A stretch of DNA of 63,228 nucleotides from positions 1 to 63,228 of the forward strand of contig DASRXN010000065.1 of assembly GCA_035654135.1 (NCBI GenBank). The letters run 5' to 3'. Position numbers and translations under genes: made by a program. Source of the stretch: Rhodocyclaceae bacterium. GTDB taxonomy: Bacteria > Pseudomonadota > Gammaproteobacteria > Burkholderiales > Rhodocyclaceae. Every line of letters begins with the position of its first letter. Positions within the stretch are counted from its first letter, which is position 1. The notes below the pieces were generated by a model. The model saw only the letters and a list, made by a program, of their open reading frames with translations. It was not told the origin of the DNA and ran no database searches. Shown piece by piece: positions 28,812 through 40,572 of the stretch.

Positions 28812-31574
28812 CTAGCCGCTGTTGCGCAAGCCGGCGGCGATGCCGTTGATGGTCAGGTGGATGCCGCGTTGCACCCGCTCGTCGGTCTCTCCGGCCCGGT
28901 AGCGCTTGAGCAGTTCGACCTGCAAGTGGTTGATCGGGTCGAGGTAGGGGAAGCGGTTGCGGATGGAACGCTTGAGCAGTGGGTTGCCGTCGAGCAGTTC
29001 CTCCTGGCCGGTGATGGCCAGCAGGGCCTTCACGGCCGCGTGCCATTCGGCCTTCAGGCGGTCGAAGATCGTCTGCCGCAGGTTCTCGTCCTTGACCAGT
29101 TGGGCGTAGCGGGCGGCGATAGCCATGTCGCTCTTGCCCAGCACCATGTCCATGTTCGACAGCAGGGCGCGGAAGAAGCCCCACTCCCGGTTCATCTGCT
29201 GAAGCAACTGCATGCCGGCTTCGCCGTGCGCCGCGCGAAAGGTATTGACTGCCGTGCCGAAGCCGTACCAGCCGGGCAGCATCAGCCGGCATTGCGACCA
29301 GGAGAACACCCAGGGAATCGCCCGCAGCGACTCGATGGCGCGCGTCTGGCTGCGCGACGCCGGCCGGCTGCCGATGTTGAGCTGGGCGATTTCCGAGATG
29401 ACCGTCGATTCCCAGAAGTACTGTTCGAAGCCGGGTGTCTCGTAGACCAGCGAGCGGTAGGCCTTGAAAGCGTGATCGGATAGTTCGGCCATCGCCGCCA
29501 GGCATTCCTCGCGCGGGTCGTCGTGCTCGTGCGGCAACAGGGTGGCTTCGAGGGTGGCGGCGGCCAGCGTTTCCAGGTTGCGCCGGCCGAGTTCCGGATT
29601 GGCGTACTTGGAAGCGATCACCTCGCCCTGTTCGGTAATGCGGATGCGGCCCTGCACTGCCCCGGCCGGTTGCGCCAGGATGGCCTGGTAGCTGGGGCCG
29701 CCGCCGCGGCCGACGGTGCCGCCGCGGCCGTGGAACAGACGCAGGGTGACGCCATGCTTGCGGAAGACCTCGACCAGCGCGATCTCGGCGCGATAGAGCG
29801 ACCAGCCGGACGTGAGGAAGCCGCCATCCTTGTTGCTGTCGGAGTAGCCTAGCATCACCTCCTGGCAGAGACCGCGCGAGTCGAGCAGGCGCCGGTATGC
29901 CGGCAGCCCGAGCAGACGGTCCATGGCGGCGCCGCAGGCGGCAAGGTCGCCGATGGTTTCGAACAGTGGCACGATATTGACGTCGAGTTCGCCCTCGCGC
30001 GGCCGCAACAGGCCGGCTTCCTTGAGCAGCAGCGCGACTTCGAGCATGTCGGAAACGCCGTCGGTCTTGGAGATGATGACGTTCTCGATTGCGGCCTTGC
30101 CGTAGCGACGCTGCGCCTCGCGGGCGGCGTGGAAGATCGCCAGTTCGGCACGGGTTTCTTCCGAGTAGGTGAAGAAGGGCGTCGACAGCAGCCGCGGTGT
30201 CGCCAGTTCGCCCAGCAGCAGGGCAATGCGGCCCTCCTCGCTGCGGCCGGCATAGTCGACGCCCGGGCGGGCTGCCTCGAACAGTTCGTGCACCGTGCGC
30301 ACATGCACGTCGGAGTTCTGCCGCAGGTCGAGCGGCGCCAGATGGAAGCCGAAGATGGAGATGGCGCGCCGCAGCCGCCGCAGCCGGCCGCGTGCCATCA
30401 GCGCCGAGCCATGCTCGACCAGCGAGCGGTGGATGATGTCGAGATCGGTGGCGAACTCGGCTGCCGTGGCGTAGGGCGCCGCTTCGGCGACGGCCTGGCG
30501 CGGCGGCTCCATATCGTCGAGCGCACGGGCCGTGGCGGCCAGGCGGGCGTAGAGGCCGGCGATGGCGCGGCGGTAGAGTTCGTCGTCGCGATGCGGGTTG
30601 TGGTCGGGCGACTGCGCGGCCAGCGCCAGCAGTTCGTCCGAGACCCCGATCAGCGTGATGGTCGGCGACAGCGCAGCACCCAGCTTGTGCAGTTGTGCCA
30701 GATAGAAGCCCAGTGCGCGCCGGCTCTGGGCGCGCAAGGCGCCTTGCAGCACGTCGGCGGTGACGAAGGGATTGCCGTCGCGGTCGCCGCCGATCCACGA
30801 GCCCGGACGCAGGAAAGGCGGCAATTCGCGGCCTGCCTGCCAGTCGGGCACCAGCTGCGCCAGCTGGTCCTCGATGGCGTTGTAAAGGCGGGGCAGGGCG
30901 CGCAGGAAAGTGGTGTCGTAGTAGGTCAGCGCATTGCCGACCTCGTCCATCACCGACAGCTTGACCCGGCGCAGCATGCGCGTCTGCCAGAGCGTCATGA
31001 CAGCGCGGCGGATCGCTTCGTCCTCTTCGGCCAGTTCCTCCGGCGTTTGCTGGCGGCGGTCGCGCTCGTCGAGCAGGGCGGCGATTTTCCACTGACAGTC
31101 AAGAATGCTCTTGCGTTGCACCTCGGTCGGATGGGCGGTGAGCACGGGGTTCACTTGCGCATCGGCGAAAAACGCCGCCAGCCGGCCGGCATCGATGCCC
31201 ATGTTGCGGGCGCGCGCCACCGAATGGGCGACCGTGCCTTCGCGCGGCGACGAACCGGCAATGGCATGGGCGCGGGCGCGGCGGATATGGTGTTGGTCCT
31301 CGGCGATGTTGGCGAGATGCGAGAAATAGCTGAAGGCGCGCACGACCTGGTTGGTCTGCGCCGGTGCCAGGTCGTTGAGCAGCGCATGCAGTTCGCGGCG
31401 CGCACCCGGGTCGTCATCGCGGTGGCAGCGGATCGAGAGGTTGCGTACCCGTTCGATGAGGTCGAAGGCGTCGTCGCCCTCCATGGCGCGCAGGGTATCG
31501 CCGAGGATGCGGCCGAGCAGGCGAATATCCTCGCGCAGCGGGGCGTCCTTGTCCTGGATGGATTGCACCGTCAT
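28812..31574 (-). CDS. ppc: phosphoenolpyruvate carboxylase
   Basis: 920 aa with [32 protein letters not shown] and the C-terminal [13 protein letters not shown] signature. Confidence 0.97.
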   Translation of the reverse strand: MTVQSIQDKDAPLREDIRLLGRILGDTLRAMEGDDAFDLIERVRNLSIRCHRDDDPGARRELHALLNDLAPAQTNQVVRAFSYFSHLANIAEDQHHIRRARAHAIAGSSPREGTVAHSVARARNMGIDAGRLAAFFADAQVNPVLTAHPTEVQRKSILDCQWKIAALLDERDRRQQTPEELAEEDEAIRRAVMTLWQTRMLRRVKLSVMDEVGNALTYYDTTFLRALPRLYNAIEDQLAQLVPDWQAGRELPPFLRPGSWIGGDRDGNPFVTADVLQGALRAQSRRALGFYLAQLHKLGAALSPTITLIGVSDELLALAAQSPDHNPHRDDELYRRAIAGLYARLAATARALDDMEPPRQAVAEAAPYATAAEFATDLDIIHRSLVEHGSALMARGRLRRLRRAISIFGFHLAPLDLRQNSDVHVRTVHELFEAARPGVDYAGRSEEGRIALLLGELATPRLLSTPFFTYSEETRAELAIFHAAREAQRRYGKAAIENVIISKTDGVSDMLEVALLLKEAGLLRPREGELDVNIVPLFETIGDLAACGAAMDRLLGLPAYRRLLDSRGLCQEVMLGYSDSNKDGGFLTSGWSLYRAEIALVEVFRKHGVTLRLFHGRGGTVGRGGGPSYQAILAQPAGAVQGRIRITEQGEVIASKYANPELGRRNLETLAAATLEATLLPHEHDDPREECLAAMAELSDHAFKAYRSLVYETPGFEQYFWESTVISEIAQLNIGSRPASRSQTRAIESLRAIPWVFSWSQCRLMLPGWYGFGTAVNTFRAAHGEAGMQLLQQMNREWGFFRALLSNMDMVLGKSDMAIAARYAQLVKDENLRQTIFDRLKAEWHAAVKALLAITGQEELLDGNPLLKRSIRNRFPYLDPINHLQVELLKRYRAGETDERVQRGIHLTINGIAAGLRNSG

Positions 31575-32062
31575 TTTCTGTCGCTCCGCAGTTGATTGCG
31601 GCTGTCTTCGATGGCGTCCTCGATCAACGTGCCATAGAACTCCGCCGCCCGGTAGCCGACAATGGCGCCGGCCAGCGTACTGCCATCACCGGCGAAGAAC
31701 ATCAGTGTCGGCGTCATCTTGATGTTGTAGCGGCGGGCGAAGTCCCGATGGCTGGTGCGCTGGCCGGAGAAGTCGGTCAGCGGCACGTCGCTGTCCATGT
31801 TGACCTGCCGGAACAGGGCGCCAGCCGTGGGACTGGCCGCCATGGCGTTCAGATGCTCGCGTCGTGCCTTGTCGCACCAGCCGCAACGGGCCCGACTGAA
31901 CAGCACCACCACGGGATGCTTGTCGACACCGGCTTGGCGGCCGTCCACGGCGAGATCGGCCGCGAAAGTCAGTGGTGGCGGTACGCCAGCCGCCAGGGCC
32001 GGCCATGGTAAAATCAAGGCGCAAAGCAGGCATAGCCAGCCACCGCGCCGCGGCTGCCACAT
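31571..32062 (-). CDS. exported thioredoxin-fold protein (CxxC)
   Basis: Start at [26 protein letters not shown] (ATG 32060-32062), preceded by AAGGAG. It has a CGWC motif in the context [16 protein letters not shown]. Its stop overlaps the ppc start (ATGA). The track extension to 32476 is spurious. Confidence 0.7.
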   Translation of the reverse strand: MWQPRRGGWLCLLCALILPWPALAAGVPPPLTFAADLAVDGRQAGVDKHPVVVLFSRARCGWCDKARREHLNAMAASPTAGALFRQVNMDSDVPLTDFSGQRTSHRDFARRYNIKMTPTLMFFAGDGSTLAGAIVGYRAAEFYGTLIEDAIEDSRNQLRSDRK

Positions 32063-32090
32063 TTCCGTCTCCTTTAGGGTTGCACGCCCA

Positions 32091-33023
32091 GTGAACAAAG
32101 CTCCCGAGCGTATCGTCATTGCCACGCGCGAATCGCGCCTTGCCCTCTGGCAGGCCGAACACGTGCGCGATCTGCTGCAGAAATTATACCCGTCGTGCCG
32201 CGTCGAGCTGCTCGGCATGACCACCCGCGGCGACCAGATCCTCGACCGGCCGCTGGCCAAGGTCGGCGGCAAGGGCCTGTTCGTCAAGGAGCTGGAAACG
32301 GCGCTGTACGAAGGCAGTGCCGACATCGCCGTGCATTCGATGAAAGACGTGCCGATGGTGCTGCCGGAAGGCTTCGCGCTGGTCGCCACCGGCCCGCGCG
32401 AAGTGCCGCTCGATGCCTTCGTGTCCAGCAAATACGCGAGCCTCGACGACCTGCCGCCCGGCGCCGTGGTCGGCACCTCCAGCCTGCGCCGCGAAGCGCA
32501 ACTGCACGCCCGTTATCCGTATCTGGCTGTGACCTCGCTGCGCGGCAATCTCGACACCCGTCTGCGCAAGCTCGACGAAGGCCAGTACGACGCCATCATC
32601 CTCGCCGCTGCCGGCCTGAACCGGCTTGGCCTCAAGGAGCGCATCCGTGCCGTGCTGCCGGCGGAAGTTTCGCTGCCGGCTGCGGGCCAGGGGGCGCTGG
32701 GCATCGAGGCGCGGGCCGATCGCGCCGATGTCGCCGCCTGGCTGGCGCCACTGAACGATGCGGCCACCGCCGCCTGCGTGCGCGCCGAGCGCGCCGTGTC
32801 GCGGGCGCTGGCCGGCAGCTGCGAAGTGCCGCTGGGCGCCTATGCGGAAATGCGCGCCGGCCAGCTCTGGCTGCGCGGCTTTGTCGCCACGCCCGACGGC
32901 GCGCGCATGGCGCGGTCCGAACTCACCGGTGACACCGCGTCGCCCGAAGCGCTGGGACTGCGACTGGCCGCCGACTTACGGGCACAGGGCGCGGACGACA
33001 TCCTGGCCGCGCTGGGATCGTAG
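32091..33023 (+). CDS. hemC: porphobilinogen deaminase (hydroxymethylbilane synthase)
   Basis: A GTG start at 32091 gives (M)[51 protein letters not shown], which aligns with E. coli HemC from its N-terminus. The upstream part of track ORF 31755.. has no similarity. Confidence 0.9.
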   Translation: MNKAPERIVIATRESRLALWQAEHVRDLLQKLYPSCRVELLGMTTRGDQILDRPLAKVGGKGLFVKELETALYEGSADIAVHSMKDVPMVLPEGFALVATGPREVPLDAFVSSKYASLDDLPPGAVVGTSSLRREAQLHARYPYLAVTSLRGNLDTRLRKLDEGQYDAIILAAAGLNRLGLKERIRAVLPAEVSLPAAGQGALGIEARADRADVAAWLAPLNDAATAACVRAERAVSRALAGSCEVPLGAYAEMRAGQLWLRGFVATPDGARMARSELTGDTASPEALGLRLAADLRAQGADDILAALGS

Positions 33024-33031
33024 GGGGCCGA

Positions 33032-33814
33032 ATGGGCGACGCTCTTGCCGGCCGACATATTGTCATCACCCGTCCCGCCGGACAGGCTGCGCATCTGGCC
33101 GAGGCACTGGTCGATCTCGGCGCCAGGCCCGTGCTGTTTCCCGTGCTGGCGATTTTCACCGTCGACGACCCGCAGCCGTTGCAGGACGCGGCGATCCGGC
33201 TCGACAGCTTCGACTGGGCGGCCTTCGTCAGCCCCAACGCGGTCGAAAAGGCGCTGACGGCGATTCTGGCGCGACGGCCGTGGCCGGCACACTTACGTGT
33301 CGCCACCATCGGCAGGAGCAGCGAGCTGGCCTTGGCCGGCTTCGGTATTGCCGACGTGGTGGCGCCGCGCGAGCGCTTCGATTCCGAAGCTCTGGTGGCG
33401 CTGCCGGAATTGCAGGACATGGCAGGCAAGCGCGTGATCATCTTTCGCGGCGACGGCGGGCGCGAACTGCTCGGCGACACGCTGAAGCAGCGCGGCGCCG
33501 AAGTCGAGTACGTCGCCTGTTACCGGCGCGGCAAGCCGGAACTCGATCCGGCGCCTTTGCTCAAGTTGTGGGCCGAGGGCAGGCTCGACGCTGTCACGGC
33601 GACGAGCAGCGAAGGACTGCGCAATCTTGTCGACATGGTGGGCAAGCTGGGCCAGACCTGGTTGCGCAAGACACCGTTGTTCGTGCCGCATCAGCGTATC
33701 GCCGGCCTGGCGCGCGCGCTCGGCTGCCAAGAAGTGATTCTCACCGGTCCGGGCGACGATGGCCTGGTGGCCGGCCTCCTGGAGTACTTTCGTGACCATG
33801 CCCGAGTTGCCTGA
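33032..33814 (+). CDS. hemD: uroporphyrinogen-III synthase
   Basis: 260 aa, GRHIVITRPAGQAAHLAEAL...; its position between hemC and hemX supports the call. Confidence 0.85.
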   Translation: MGDALAGRHIVITRPAGQAAHLAEALVDLGARPVLFPVLAIFTVDDPQPLQDAAIRLDSFDWAAFVSPNAVEKALTAILARRPWPAHLRVATIGRSSELALAGFGIADVVAPRERFDSEALVALPELQDMAGKRVIIFRGDGGRELLGDTLKQRGAEVEYVACYRRGKPELDPAPLLKLWAEGRLDAVTATSSEGLRNLVDMVGKLGQTWLRKTPLFVPHQRIAGLARALGCQEVILTGPGDDGLVAGLLEYFRDHARVA

Positions 33815-34844
33815 GCCAACTGTTCCGCCCAAGCCCGCCGCCGGCCCCAATTCGGCCTGGCGACGGCCGGCGGCCCTGATCGCCGTCATCGCCCTGGCGC
33901 TGCTCGGCTGGCAGTGGCTGGAAACCCGCCAGCGCCTCGCCAATGTCCAGGAAGAGTTGGCGAAGCGACTGGCCGATAGTGACGCCGTGGCCAAGGAGAG
34001 CCGGGTCGTCGCGCGCCAGACCCAGGAAGCGCAGGCCGCGTTGCAGGCCAAGATCGGCGCGCTGGAAGCGAAGTTGGCCGAAACCCAGGGCCAGCAACTC
34101 GCGCTCGATGCCGTCTACCAGGATCTGTCGAAGAGCGGCGACGAGCGTCTCTTGTCTGAAGTCGAGCAGTCGGTGACGATAGCCGCGCAGCAACTGCGGC
34201 TGGCGGGTAACGTCGAAGCGGCGCTGATCGCCCTGACGGGAGCCGAGGCCCGCCTGGCACGCGCGGCGCGGCCCCAGTTTCTGGGCTTGCGCAAGCTGGT
34301 TGCGCGCGATATCGAACGGCTGAAGGCGCTGCCAAGCGCGGACGTGCCGGGGCTGGCGATGAAGCTGGAGGGGATCATCGTCGTGGTGGATACTCTGCCG
34401 CTCGCTTACGAACGCCGGCCGACGGTGGAGCCGGCGAAGGCGGCCGCGTCGCCGGCCGAAATGAGCTTCTGGCGTTCGCTGATGGCTGACTTTTGGGCCG
34501 AGGTCCGGCAGCTGGTGCGCATCGAACGCATCGATGCGCCGGGCCATGCCGATCCTGCCCTGTTGTCGCCCAGCCAGGGTTTCTTCCTGCGCGAGAACCT
34601 CAAGCTGCGCCTGGTCGATGCGCGCCTGGCGCTGCTGGCGCGCGATGGCCGCAGCTTCCGCGAGGACGTGCGCCAGTCGGCGGAGTGGCTGGAACGCTAC
34701 TTCGACGGCAGCGCCAAGAACGTTGTGGGGTCGCTGGCGACGTTGAAGAAATTGCAGGCGGTCGATGTCGGCATCGAAGTGCCAGGTCTCAACGAGACGC
34801 TCGACGCCTTGCGCAACTTCAAACTGGCGAAAGAAAAGAAATAG
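33798..34844 (+). CDS. hemX: HemX-like membrane protein (uroporphyrinogen-III C-methyltransferase-like)
   Basis: ATG at 33798 overlaps the end of hemD by 17 nt. It has a Pro-rich N-terminus, one TM helix (AALIAVIALALLGWQW) and a long coiled-coil region. Its position is hemD-hemX-hemY. Confidence 0.75.
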   Translation: MPELPEPTVPPKPAAGPNSAWRRPAALIAVIALALLGWQWLETRQRLANVQEELAKRLADSDAVAKESRVVARQTQEAQAALQAKIGALEAKLAETQGQQLALDAVYQDLSKSGDERLLSEVEQSVTIAAQQLRLAGNVEAALIALTGAEARLARAARPQFLGLRKLVARDIERLKALPSADVPGLAMKLEGIIVVVDTLPLAYERRPTVEPAKAAASPAEMSFWRSLMADFWAEVRQLVRIERIDAPGHADPALLSPSQGFFLRENLKLRLVDARLALLARDGRSFREDVRQSAEWLERYFDGSAKNVVGSLATLKKLQAVDVGIEVPGLNETLDALRNFKLAKEKK

Positions 34845-36058
34845 TGCGCGCCCTGCTCTGGTTTCTGACCCTGGCGGCGCTGGCAACAGGCCTGGCGCTG
34901 GCCGCGCGCTACAACGACGGCTACGCCCTCCTGGTGATTCCGCCGTGGCGGATCGAGCTTTCGCTCAACCTGTTGATCGTGCTGCTGGTGGCCAGTTGCA
35001 TTCTCGTCTATCTGCTGCTGCACGCCGTCGCCACAGTGCTGCGGCTGCCGGCTGCCGTGGGCGAGTTTCGTGTCCGGCGGGCGAAGGAAAAGGCCGAGGG
35101 CGCGCTGCGAGAAGCGGTGCTTCAGTTGCAGGAGGGCCGCTTCAGTCATGCCATCAAGAGCGCGGAAGCGGCCTTCGACGCCGGCCACGCCCGCGGCCTG
35201 GCAGCGCTGCTGGCACTGCGCGCGGCTCACGCCTTGCGTGACGGGGAGCGCGAACAGCTCTGGCGCCAGCGGGCCATGGAGAACGAGACCGGCATGCGCG
35301 TGGCGCGATTGACGGCGGAAGCGGAAATGGCGCTGGACAGCGGGCAACTGGACCTGGCCCGGGACCTGGTCAACCAACTGCTGGCCGAGGGCGGCCGCCA
35401 TATTGCCGTGCTGCGCCTGTCGCTGCGCATCCATCAGGGACTCGGCGACTGGTCCGGGGTGCTGCGCCTGACGCGTCAACTGGAGAAGCACAAGGCGCTG
35501 ACCGCGGAACAGGCGGCACCACTGCGCCTGCGTGCCCATAGGGAGAACCTGGCCGTGCTCGAAGGCGATGCCGAGCAACTGGCCCGCTACTGGAAAGGCA
35601 TGGCGGATGACGACCGCCACGAAGTGCGCCTGGTCCTGGCTGCCGCCAAGGCCCTGGCGGCAGCAGACAACTGCGGTGGCGCAGCGCAGCTGGTCGAGGA
35701 TTTTCTCGACAGTCAGTGGGATTCGTCGCTGGTCGCGGCCTACGGCGAGTGTCAGGGTGGCGATGTGGTGGCTCGCATCGCCCATGCCGAGAAGTGGCTC
35801 AACAGCCACCCGCGCGATGCCAGCCTGCTGCTGACGCTCGGCCGCCTGTGCCGACAAAAGCAGCTCTGGGGCAAGGCGCAGAGTTACCTGGAGGCGTCGC
35901 TGGCGATCGAGTCGAGCGCCGAAGCGCATCTCGAATTGGCCAGCCTGCTGGAAAACGAACTGGAAAAGTCAGCCGCGGCGGAACGCCACTACCGCCAGGC
36001 AGCACTGCTTGGTGCCGCGCGTCAGACCCAATCGCGGGGCGGCAGGAAGTCGGTGTAG
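34844..36058 (+). CDS. hemY: HemY-like protein (two N-terminal TM helices plus TPR-like repeats)
   Basis: GTG at 34844 overlaps the hemX TAG. The N-terminus reads [49 protein letters not shown], and the C-terminal half is helical-repeat. The track extension to 34493 is spurious. Confidence 0.75.
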   Translation: MRALLWFLTLAALATGLALAARYNDGYALLVIPPWRIELSLNLLIVLLVASCILVYLLLHAVATVLRLPAAVGEFRVRRAKEKAEGALREAVLQLQEGRFSHAIKSAEAAFDAGHARGLAALLALRAAHALRDGEREQLWRQRAMENETGMRVARLTAEAEMALDSGQLDLARDLVNQLLAEGGRHIAVLRLSLRIHQGLGDWSGVLRLTRQLEKHKALTAEQAAPLRLRAHRENLAVLEGDAEQLARYWKGMADDDRHEVRLVLAAAKALAAADNCGGAAQLVEDFLDSQWDSSLVAAYGECQGGDVVARIAHAEKWLNSHPRDASLLLTLGRLCRQKQLWGKAQSYLEASLAIESSAEAHLELASLLENELEKSAAAERHYRQAALLGAARQTQSRGGRKSV

Positions 36059-36912
36059 AGTTTTTCTTCCGCGCTTCCCGGGCCCGGGTGCCAGTCGTAG
36101 CGCCACTTCACCACGGGCGGCAGTGACATCAGGATCGATTCGGTGCGGCCGCCCGATTGCAGGCCGAACAGCGTGCCGCGGTCCCAGACCAGGTTGAATT
36201 CGACGTAGCGACCGCGCCGGTAGGCCTGGAAGTCACGCTCGCGCTCGCCGTACGCCAGGTCGCGGCGGCGCTGGCAGATGGGCAGATAGGCGGTCGTGAA
36301 GACGTCACCGATGCTGCGTATCAACGCAAAGCACCTGTCGAAGCCGCCTGCGCCCGCGTCATTCAAATCGTCGAAGAAGATGCCGCCGATGCCGCGCGGC
36401 TCGTTGCGGTGCTTGAGGAAGAAATAATCGTCGCACCATTTCTTGTAACGGCCATGAACGTCGGCGCCGAAGGGCTTCAGTGCGTCCTTGCAGGTGCGGT
36501 GAAAGTGAACGCAGTCTTCCGCGTAGCCGTAGTAAGGCGTCAGGTCCATGCCGCCGCCGAACCACCATACTGGCTCGGCGCCGTCCTTGGTGGCGACGAA
36601 GCAGCGCACGTTCATGTGGCTGGTCGGACAGTGCGGATTGCGCGGATGCAGCACCAGCGAAACGCCCATGGCTTCCCACTTGCGGCCGGCCAGCTCGGGC
36701 CGGTGGGCGGTTGCCGAGGCAGGCAGATTCTCGCCGGTGACGTGGGAAAAGTTGACACCGCCGCGCTCGAAGAAATTGCCTTCCTCGATGACGCAGGCGG
36801 TGCCGCGGTCCCATGCATCGCGGCGGAAGGGCTGGCCGTCGAAGGCTGCCAGGGCCGCGACGATGCGGTCCTGCAATCCTGCCAGGTAGTGGCGGACTGC
36901 CGAGGTATTCAT
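36022..36912 (-). CDS. hemF: oxygen-dependent coproporphyrinogen-III oxidase
   Basis: Start at [18 protein letters not shown] (ATG 36910-36912), with an ATGA overlap onto the purD stop. It has the typical [32 protein letters not shown] and [10 protein letters not shown] motifs. Confidence 0.92.
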   Translation of the reverse strand: MNTSAVRHYLAGLQDRIVAALAAFDGQPFRRDAWDRGTACVIEEGNFFERGGVNFSHVTGENLPASATAHRPELAGRKWEAMGVSLVLHPRNPHCPTSHMNVRCFVATKDGAEPVWWFGGGMDLTPYYGYAEDCVHFHRTCKDALKPFGADVHGRYKKWCDDYFFLKHRNEPRGIGGIFFDDLNDAGAGGFDRCFALIRSIGDVFTTAYLPICQRRRDLAYGERERDFQAYRRGRYVEFNLVWDRGTLFGLQSGGRTESILMSLPPVVKWRYDWHPGPGSAEEKLYTDFLPPRDWV

Positions 36913-38183
36913 CAGCGCTTGATGGCGCGGTAACCGATATCGCGGCGATACTGCATGCCGTCGAAGCGGATTGTGTCCACCGCCTCGTAGGCCCGCTTTT
37001 GCGCCGCCTTGACGGTGTCGCCGAGCGCGGTGACGCACAGCACGCGACCACCGGCGGTGACGGTCTGGCCATCCTTCAGCACCGTGCCGGCGTGGAAGAC
37101 GTGGACGTCCTCGACTTCGCGGTCCGGCAGACCGCTGATGACATCGCCCTTGCGCGGCGTCTCCGGGTAGTTCGCGGCCGCCAGCACGACGCCGAGAGCG
37201 ACGCGGCGGTCCCAGTCGGCTGCCACCTTGTCGAGGCGGCCATCGATGGCGGCATCGAGCAGGGTGACGAAGTTGCTCTTCAGCCGCATCATGATCGGCT
37301 GGGTTTCCGGATCGCCCATGCGGCAGTTGAATTCCAGTACCTTGAGCGAGCCGTCCGGCTTGATCATCAGACCGGCGTAGAGGAAGCCCGTATAAGGGAT
37401 GTGGTCCTTCTCCATGCCCTGGATGGTCGGCATGATCACTTCGCGCATGACCCTGGCGTGAATCTGCGGCGTCACCACCGGCGCCGGCGAATAGGCACCC
37501 ATGCCACCCGTGTTGGGTCCTTGGTCGCCATCCTGCAGACGCTTGTGGTCCTGGCTGGTGGCCAGCGGCAGGACGTTCTTGCCGTCGGCCATGACGATGA
37601 AGCTGGCCTCTTCTCCTTCCAGGAACTCCTCGATCACCACGCGCGCGCCAGCGTCGCCCATGCGGTTGTCGAGCAACATCATGTCAATGGCGGCGTGCGC
37701 CTCGTGCAGCGTCGCGGCGACGACCACGCCCTTGCCGGCCGCCAACCCATCGGCCTTGACGACGATCGGCGCGCCCTTGTTCTCGACGTAGGCATGGGCT
37801 GCCTGCGCGTCGGCGAAGGTGGCGAACTCGGCGGTGGGAATGCCGTGGCGGGCCATGAAGCGCTTGGCGAAATCCTTGGAGCTTTCGAGTTGCGCCGCTG
37901 CCTTGCTGGGGCCGAAGATGCGCAGGCCGCGCTCCCGGAATACGTCAACAATGCCGGCTGCCAGCGGCGCTTCCGGACCGACCACGGTCAGGTGGACCTT
38001 TTCCGTTTCGACGAAGTCGGCCAGCGCCTCGATATCTGTGACGGGCAGGTTCTCGAGTTCGGGTTCGCGCGCGGTGCCGGCATTGCCCGGCGCTACGAGC
38101 ACCCTTTGCAGACCGGGAGCCTGGGCGATGCGCCAGGCGAGGGCGTGTTCACGGCCACCCGGGCCGACGACGAGAATTTTCAT
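36912..38183 (-). CDS. purD: phosphoribosylamine-glycine ligase
   Basis: [18 protein letters not shown]... starts at ATG 38181-38183, which overlaps the pagP TGA (ATGA). The track start at 38192 is an upstream GTG. Confidence 0.95.
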   Translation of the reverse strand: MKILVVGPGGREHALAWRIAQAPGLQRVLVAPGNAGTAREPELENLPVTDIEALADFVETEKVHLTVVGPEAPLAAGIVDVFRERGLRIFGPSKAAAQLESSKDFAKRFMARHGIPTAEFATFADAQAAHAYVENKGAPIVVKADGLAAGKGVVVAATLHEAHAAIDMMLLDNRMGDAGARVVIEEFLEGEEASFIVMADGKNVLPLATSQDHKRLQDGDQGPNTGGMGAYSPAPVVTPQIHARVMREVIMPTIQGMEKDHIPYTGFLYAGLMIKPDGSLKVLEFNCRMGDPETQPIMMRLKSNFVTLLDAAIDGRLDKVAADWDRRVALGVVLAAANYPETPRKGDVISGLPDREVEDVHVFHAGTVLKDGQTVTAGGRVLCVTALGDTVKAAQKRAYEAVDTIRFDGMQYRRDIGYRAIKR

Positions 38184-38761
38184 AGTGTCCACCCGAACAG
38201 GCTCTTGTTGTCGCTATGTAACTTCGCCCAGATGAGAAAAACGTTGCCGTTGCCCTTGCCGCCCGGCACGTAGGCGCTCTCTACGGACAGCTTGCCGTAA
38301 TCGACCGAGACGATGGGCAGCAGCAGGGGTACGGGGGTGTAGTGGCCGATATCGGTGCGGGCGGTGATGCCGGCGGTGTAGCCCAGGCCGAGCCGAATGT
38401 CGCCTGGAGCCTGCCAATAGGTTTTCCAGCCATAGCCGGCAATCCACTCGGGCTTGAAATGGGAATCCTGGAAGCCCATGGCGTAGACGCCGTGCCAGTT
38501 GCCCCTGTTGTCGAAGCGGCCGCGGCCCAGACCGAAGCCAGGCGGCCAGTTCTGGTAGTGCTTGTTCTGGTCCTGCGTATAGGCCCATGGCGCGTGCCAG
38601 GTGCGGAAAGTCGCAAAATACTCGGTGGTGCCGAGGGTCCAGGTCTCGCCGAGTTCATCCCGGACCCGGTCGAACCAGCCTGATTGCTGATCGTCAGCGT
38701 ACGCGGGCTGACCGGCGGCGAGTACGGCGACCACCATCAGCGCGCAAGTTGCAACTTTCAT
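38180..38761 (-). CDS. pagP: lipid A palmitoyltransferase PagP
   Basis: Start at [22 protein letters not shown] (signal peptide). It aligns with E. coli PagP through TWHAPWAY (catalytic His), [21 protein letters not shown] (Asp-Ser), [16 protein letters not shown] and [11 protein letters not shown]. Confidence 0.8.
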   Translation of the reverse strand: MKVATCALMVVAVLAAGQPAYADDQQSGWFDRVRDELGETWTLGTTEYFATFRTWHAPWAYTQDQNKHYQNWPPGFGLGRGRFDNRGNWHGVYAMGFQDSHFKPEWIAGYGWKTYWQAPGDIRLGLGYTAGITARTDIGHYTPVPLLLPIVSVDYGKLSVESAYVPGGKGNGNVFLIWAKLHSDNKSLFGWTL

Positions 38762-38762
38762 C

Positions 38763-40334
38763 TCAATGCCTGAAATGCCGGAGGCCGGTGAACACCATGG
38801 CGACGTTCTGCTCATCGGCGGCGGCGATGACTTCCGCGTCGCGCACCGAGCCGCCCGGCTGGATGACGGCCGTGGCGCCAGCCTTGGCGAGCACGTCGAG
38901 GCCGTCGCGGAACGGGAAGAAGGCGTCCGAGGCCACCACGGAGCCGGCCACGGTCAGGCCGTTGTTCTCGGCCTTGATGGCGGCGATGCGCGCGGAATCG
39001 ACGCGGCTCATCTGGCCGGCGCCGACGCCCGTGGTCATGCCGTCCTTGCAATAGACGATGGCGTTCGACTTGACGTACTTGGCGACGCGCCAGGCGAACA
39101 GCAGGTCGGTCATTTCCTGCGCGGTTGGCGCGCGTTTGGTGACCACTTTGAGATCGGACTCGGCGATGCGGGCCACGTCGGCCGTCTGCACCAGCAGGCC
39201 GCCGCCGACGCGCTTGAAGTCGTAGGCATTCTCGGCGCGACCGAGGGGCACCACCAACACGCGCAGGTTCTGCTTGGCGGCGAAGACGGCGCGGGCATCC
39301 GGTGTGATCTCGGGGGCGATGATGACTTCCGCGAACTGGCCGGAGACGGCTTCCGCCGCGGCCTTGTCGATGGCGCAGTTGAAGGCGATGATGCCGCCGA
39401 ACGCGGAGGTCGGATCGGTCTTGAATGCTTTGCGGTAGGCATCCAGGGCCGTTGCGGCGATGGCGACGCCGCAGGGATTGGCGTGCTTGACGATGACGCA
39501 GGCCGTGGTCTCAAAGGCCTTCACGCATTCCCAGGCCGCGTCCGAGTCGGCGACGTTGTTGTACGAGAGTTCCTTGCCCTGAAGTTGTACATAGGCGGCA
39601 ATGCTGCCCGGCACGGCGACGGGTTCGCGGTAGAAGGCGGCCGACTGGTGCGGGTTCTCGCCGTAGCGCATGGTGTCGACCTTGTCGAAGGCCAGTTGCA
39701 GACACTCGGGGAAGGCGGTCGGCTTGTTGTCTGCATCCAGGCTGGTCAGCCAGTTGGCAATGCCCGCGTCGTAGCGCGCGGTGTGCGTGAAGGCTTTCTT
39801 CGCCAACGCGAAGCGGGTCTTGTACGACAGCGCGCCACCGCTGGCTTTCAGCTCGGCAATCACGGCCGCGTAGTCCTCGGGCTCGGTGACGATGCCGACG
39901 CCGCCCGCTTCGTTGCCGTGGTTCTTGGCCGCAGCGCGGACCATGGTCGGGCCGCCGATGTCGATGTTCTCGATGGCGTCGATCAGGGTGCAGTCCTTCT
40001 TCGCCACGGTCTGCGCGAAGGGGTAGAGGTTCACGACGACCAGGTCGATGGGCGGAATGCCATGCTTCTGCATGGTCGCCGCGTGCTCGGCGTTGCCGCG
40101 GATGCCGAGGATGCCGCCATGTACTTTCGGGTGCAGCGTCTTGACGCGGCCGTCGAGCATCTCGGGGAAACCGGTGTAGTCGGAAACGTCGGTGACCTTG
40201 ATGCCGGCGTCGCGCAGCAGCTTGGCGGTGCCGCCGGTCGAAAGAATGTTCACGCCGAGCGCGGCGAGTTCGCGGGCGAAATCGACCACGCCGTGCTTGT
40301 CGGAGACGCTGATCAATGCTTGTTGTACTTTCAT
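38763..40334 (-). CDS. purH: bifunctional AICAR transformylase / IMP cyclohydrolase
   Basis: 523 aa, [40 protein letters not shown]..., ending ...FTGLRHFRH. Confidence 0.97.
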   Translation of the reverse strand: MKVQQALISVSDKHGVVDFARELAALGVNILSTGGTAKLLRDAGIKVTDVSDYTGFPEMLDGRVKTLHPKVHGGILGIRGNAEHAATMQKHGIPPIDLVVVNLYPFAQTVAKKDCTLIDAIENIDIGGPTMVRAAAKNHGNEAGGVGIVTEPEDYAAVIAELKASGGALSYKTRFALAKKAFTHTARYDAGIANWLTSLDADNKPTAFPECLQLAFDKVDTMRYGENPHQSAAFYREPVAVPGSIAAYVQLQGKELSYNNVADSDAAWECVKAFETTACVIVKHANPCGVAIAATALDAYRKAFKTDPTSAFGGIIAFNCAIDKAAAEAVSGQFAEVIIAPEITPDARAVFAAKQNLRVLVVPLGRAENAYDFKRVGGGLLVQTADVARIAESDLKVVTKRAPTAQEMTDLLFAWRVAKYVKSNAIVYCKDGMTTGVGAGQMSRVDSARIAAIKAENNGLTVAGSVVASDAFFPFRDGLDVLAKAGATAVIQPGGSVRDAEVIAAADEQNVAMVFTGLRHFRH

Positions 40335-40341
40335 GTGAGCC

Positions 40342-40572
40342 TCAGAGAAGATCGTGATCGGCGAGCTTGCGCCGGAGGGTATTGCGATTGATGCCGAGCA
40401 TCTCGGCGGCCACCGTCTGGTTGCCGTTGGCCTGTTTCATCACCACTTCCAGCATCGGCTTCTCGGTCGCCTGCAGCACCATGTCGTAGATGGCGTGCGG
40501 GTGTTCGCCGTCGAGGTCGCGGAAGTAGCGGTTGAGTGTGCGTTTCACGCAGTCGGAAATGTCGTTGCTCAT
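40342..40572 (-). CDS. fis: Fis-family DNA-binding protein
   Basis: 76 aa, [33 protein letters not shown]...[21 protein letters not shown]. It has an ATGA overlap with the dusB stop, in the conserved dusB-fis arrangement. Confidence 0.85.
   Translation of the reverse strand: MSNDISDCVKRTLNRYFRDLDGEHPHAIYDMVLQATEKPMLEVVMKQANGNQTVAAEMLGINRNTLRRKLADHDLL

Noticed and set aside
28795-31092. A 765-aa same-strand alternate-frame ORF inside ppc. Similar Arg/Pro-rich alternate-frame ORFs lie at 24350..25225, 32195..32932, 32758..33795 and 55900..56814.
   Set aside because: Their extreme Arg/Pro/Ala/Gly composition is typical of off-frame reading of GC-rich coding DNA. The overlapping frames encode unmistakable conserved proteins.
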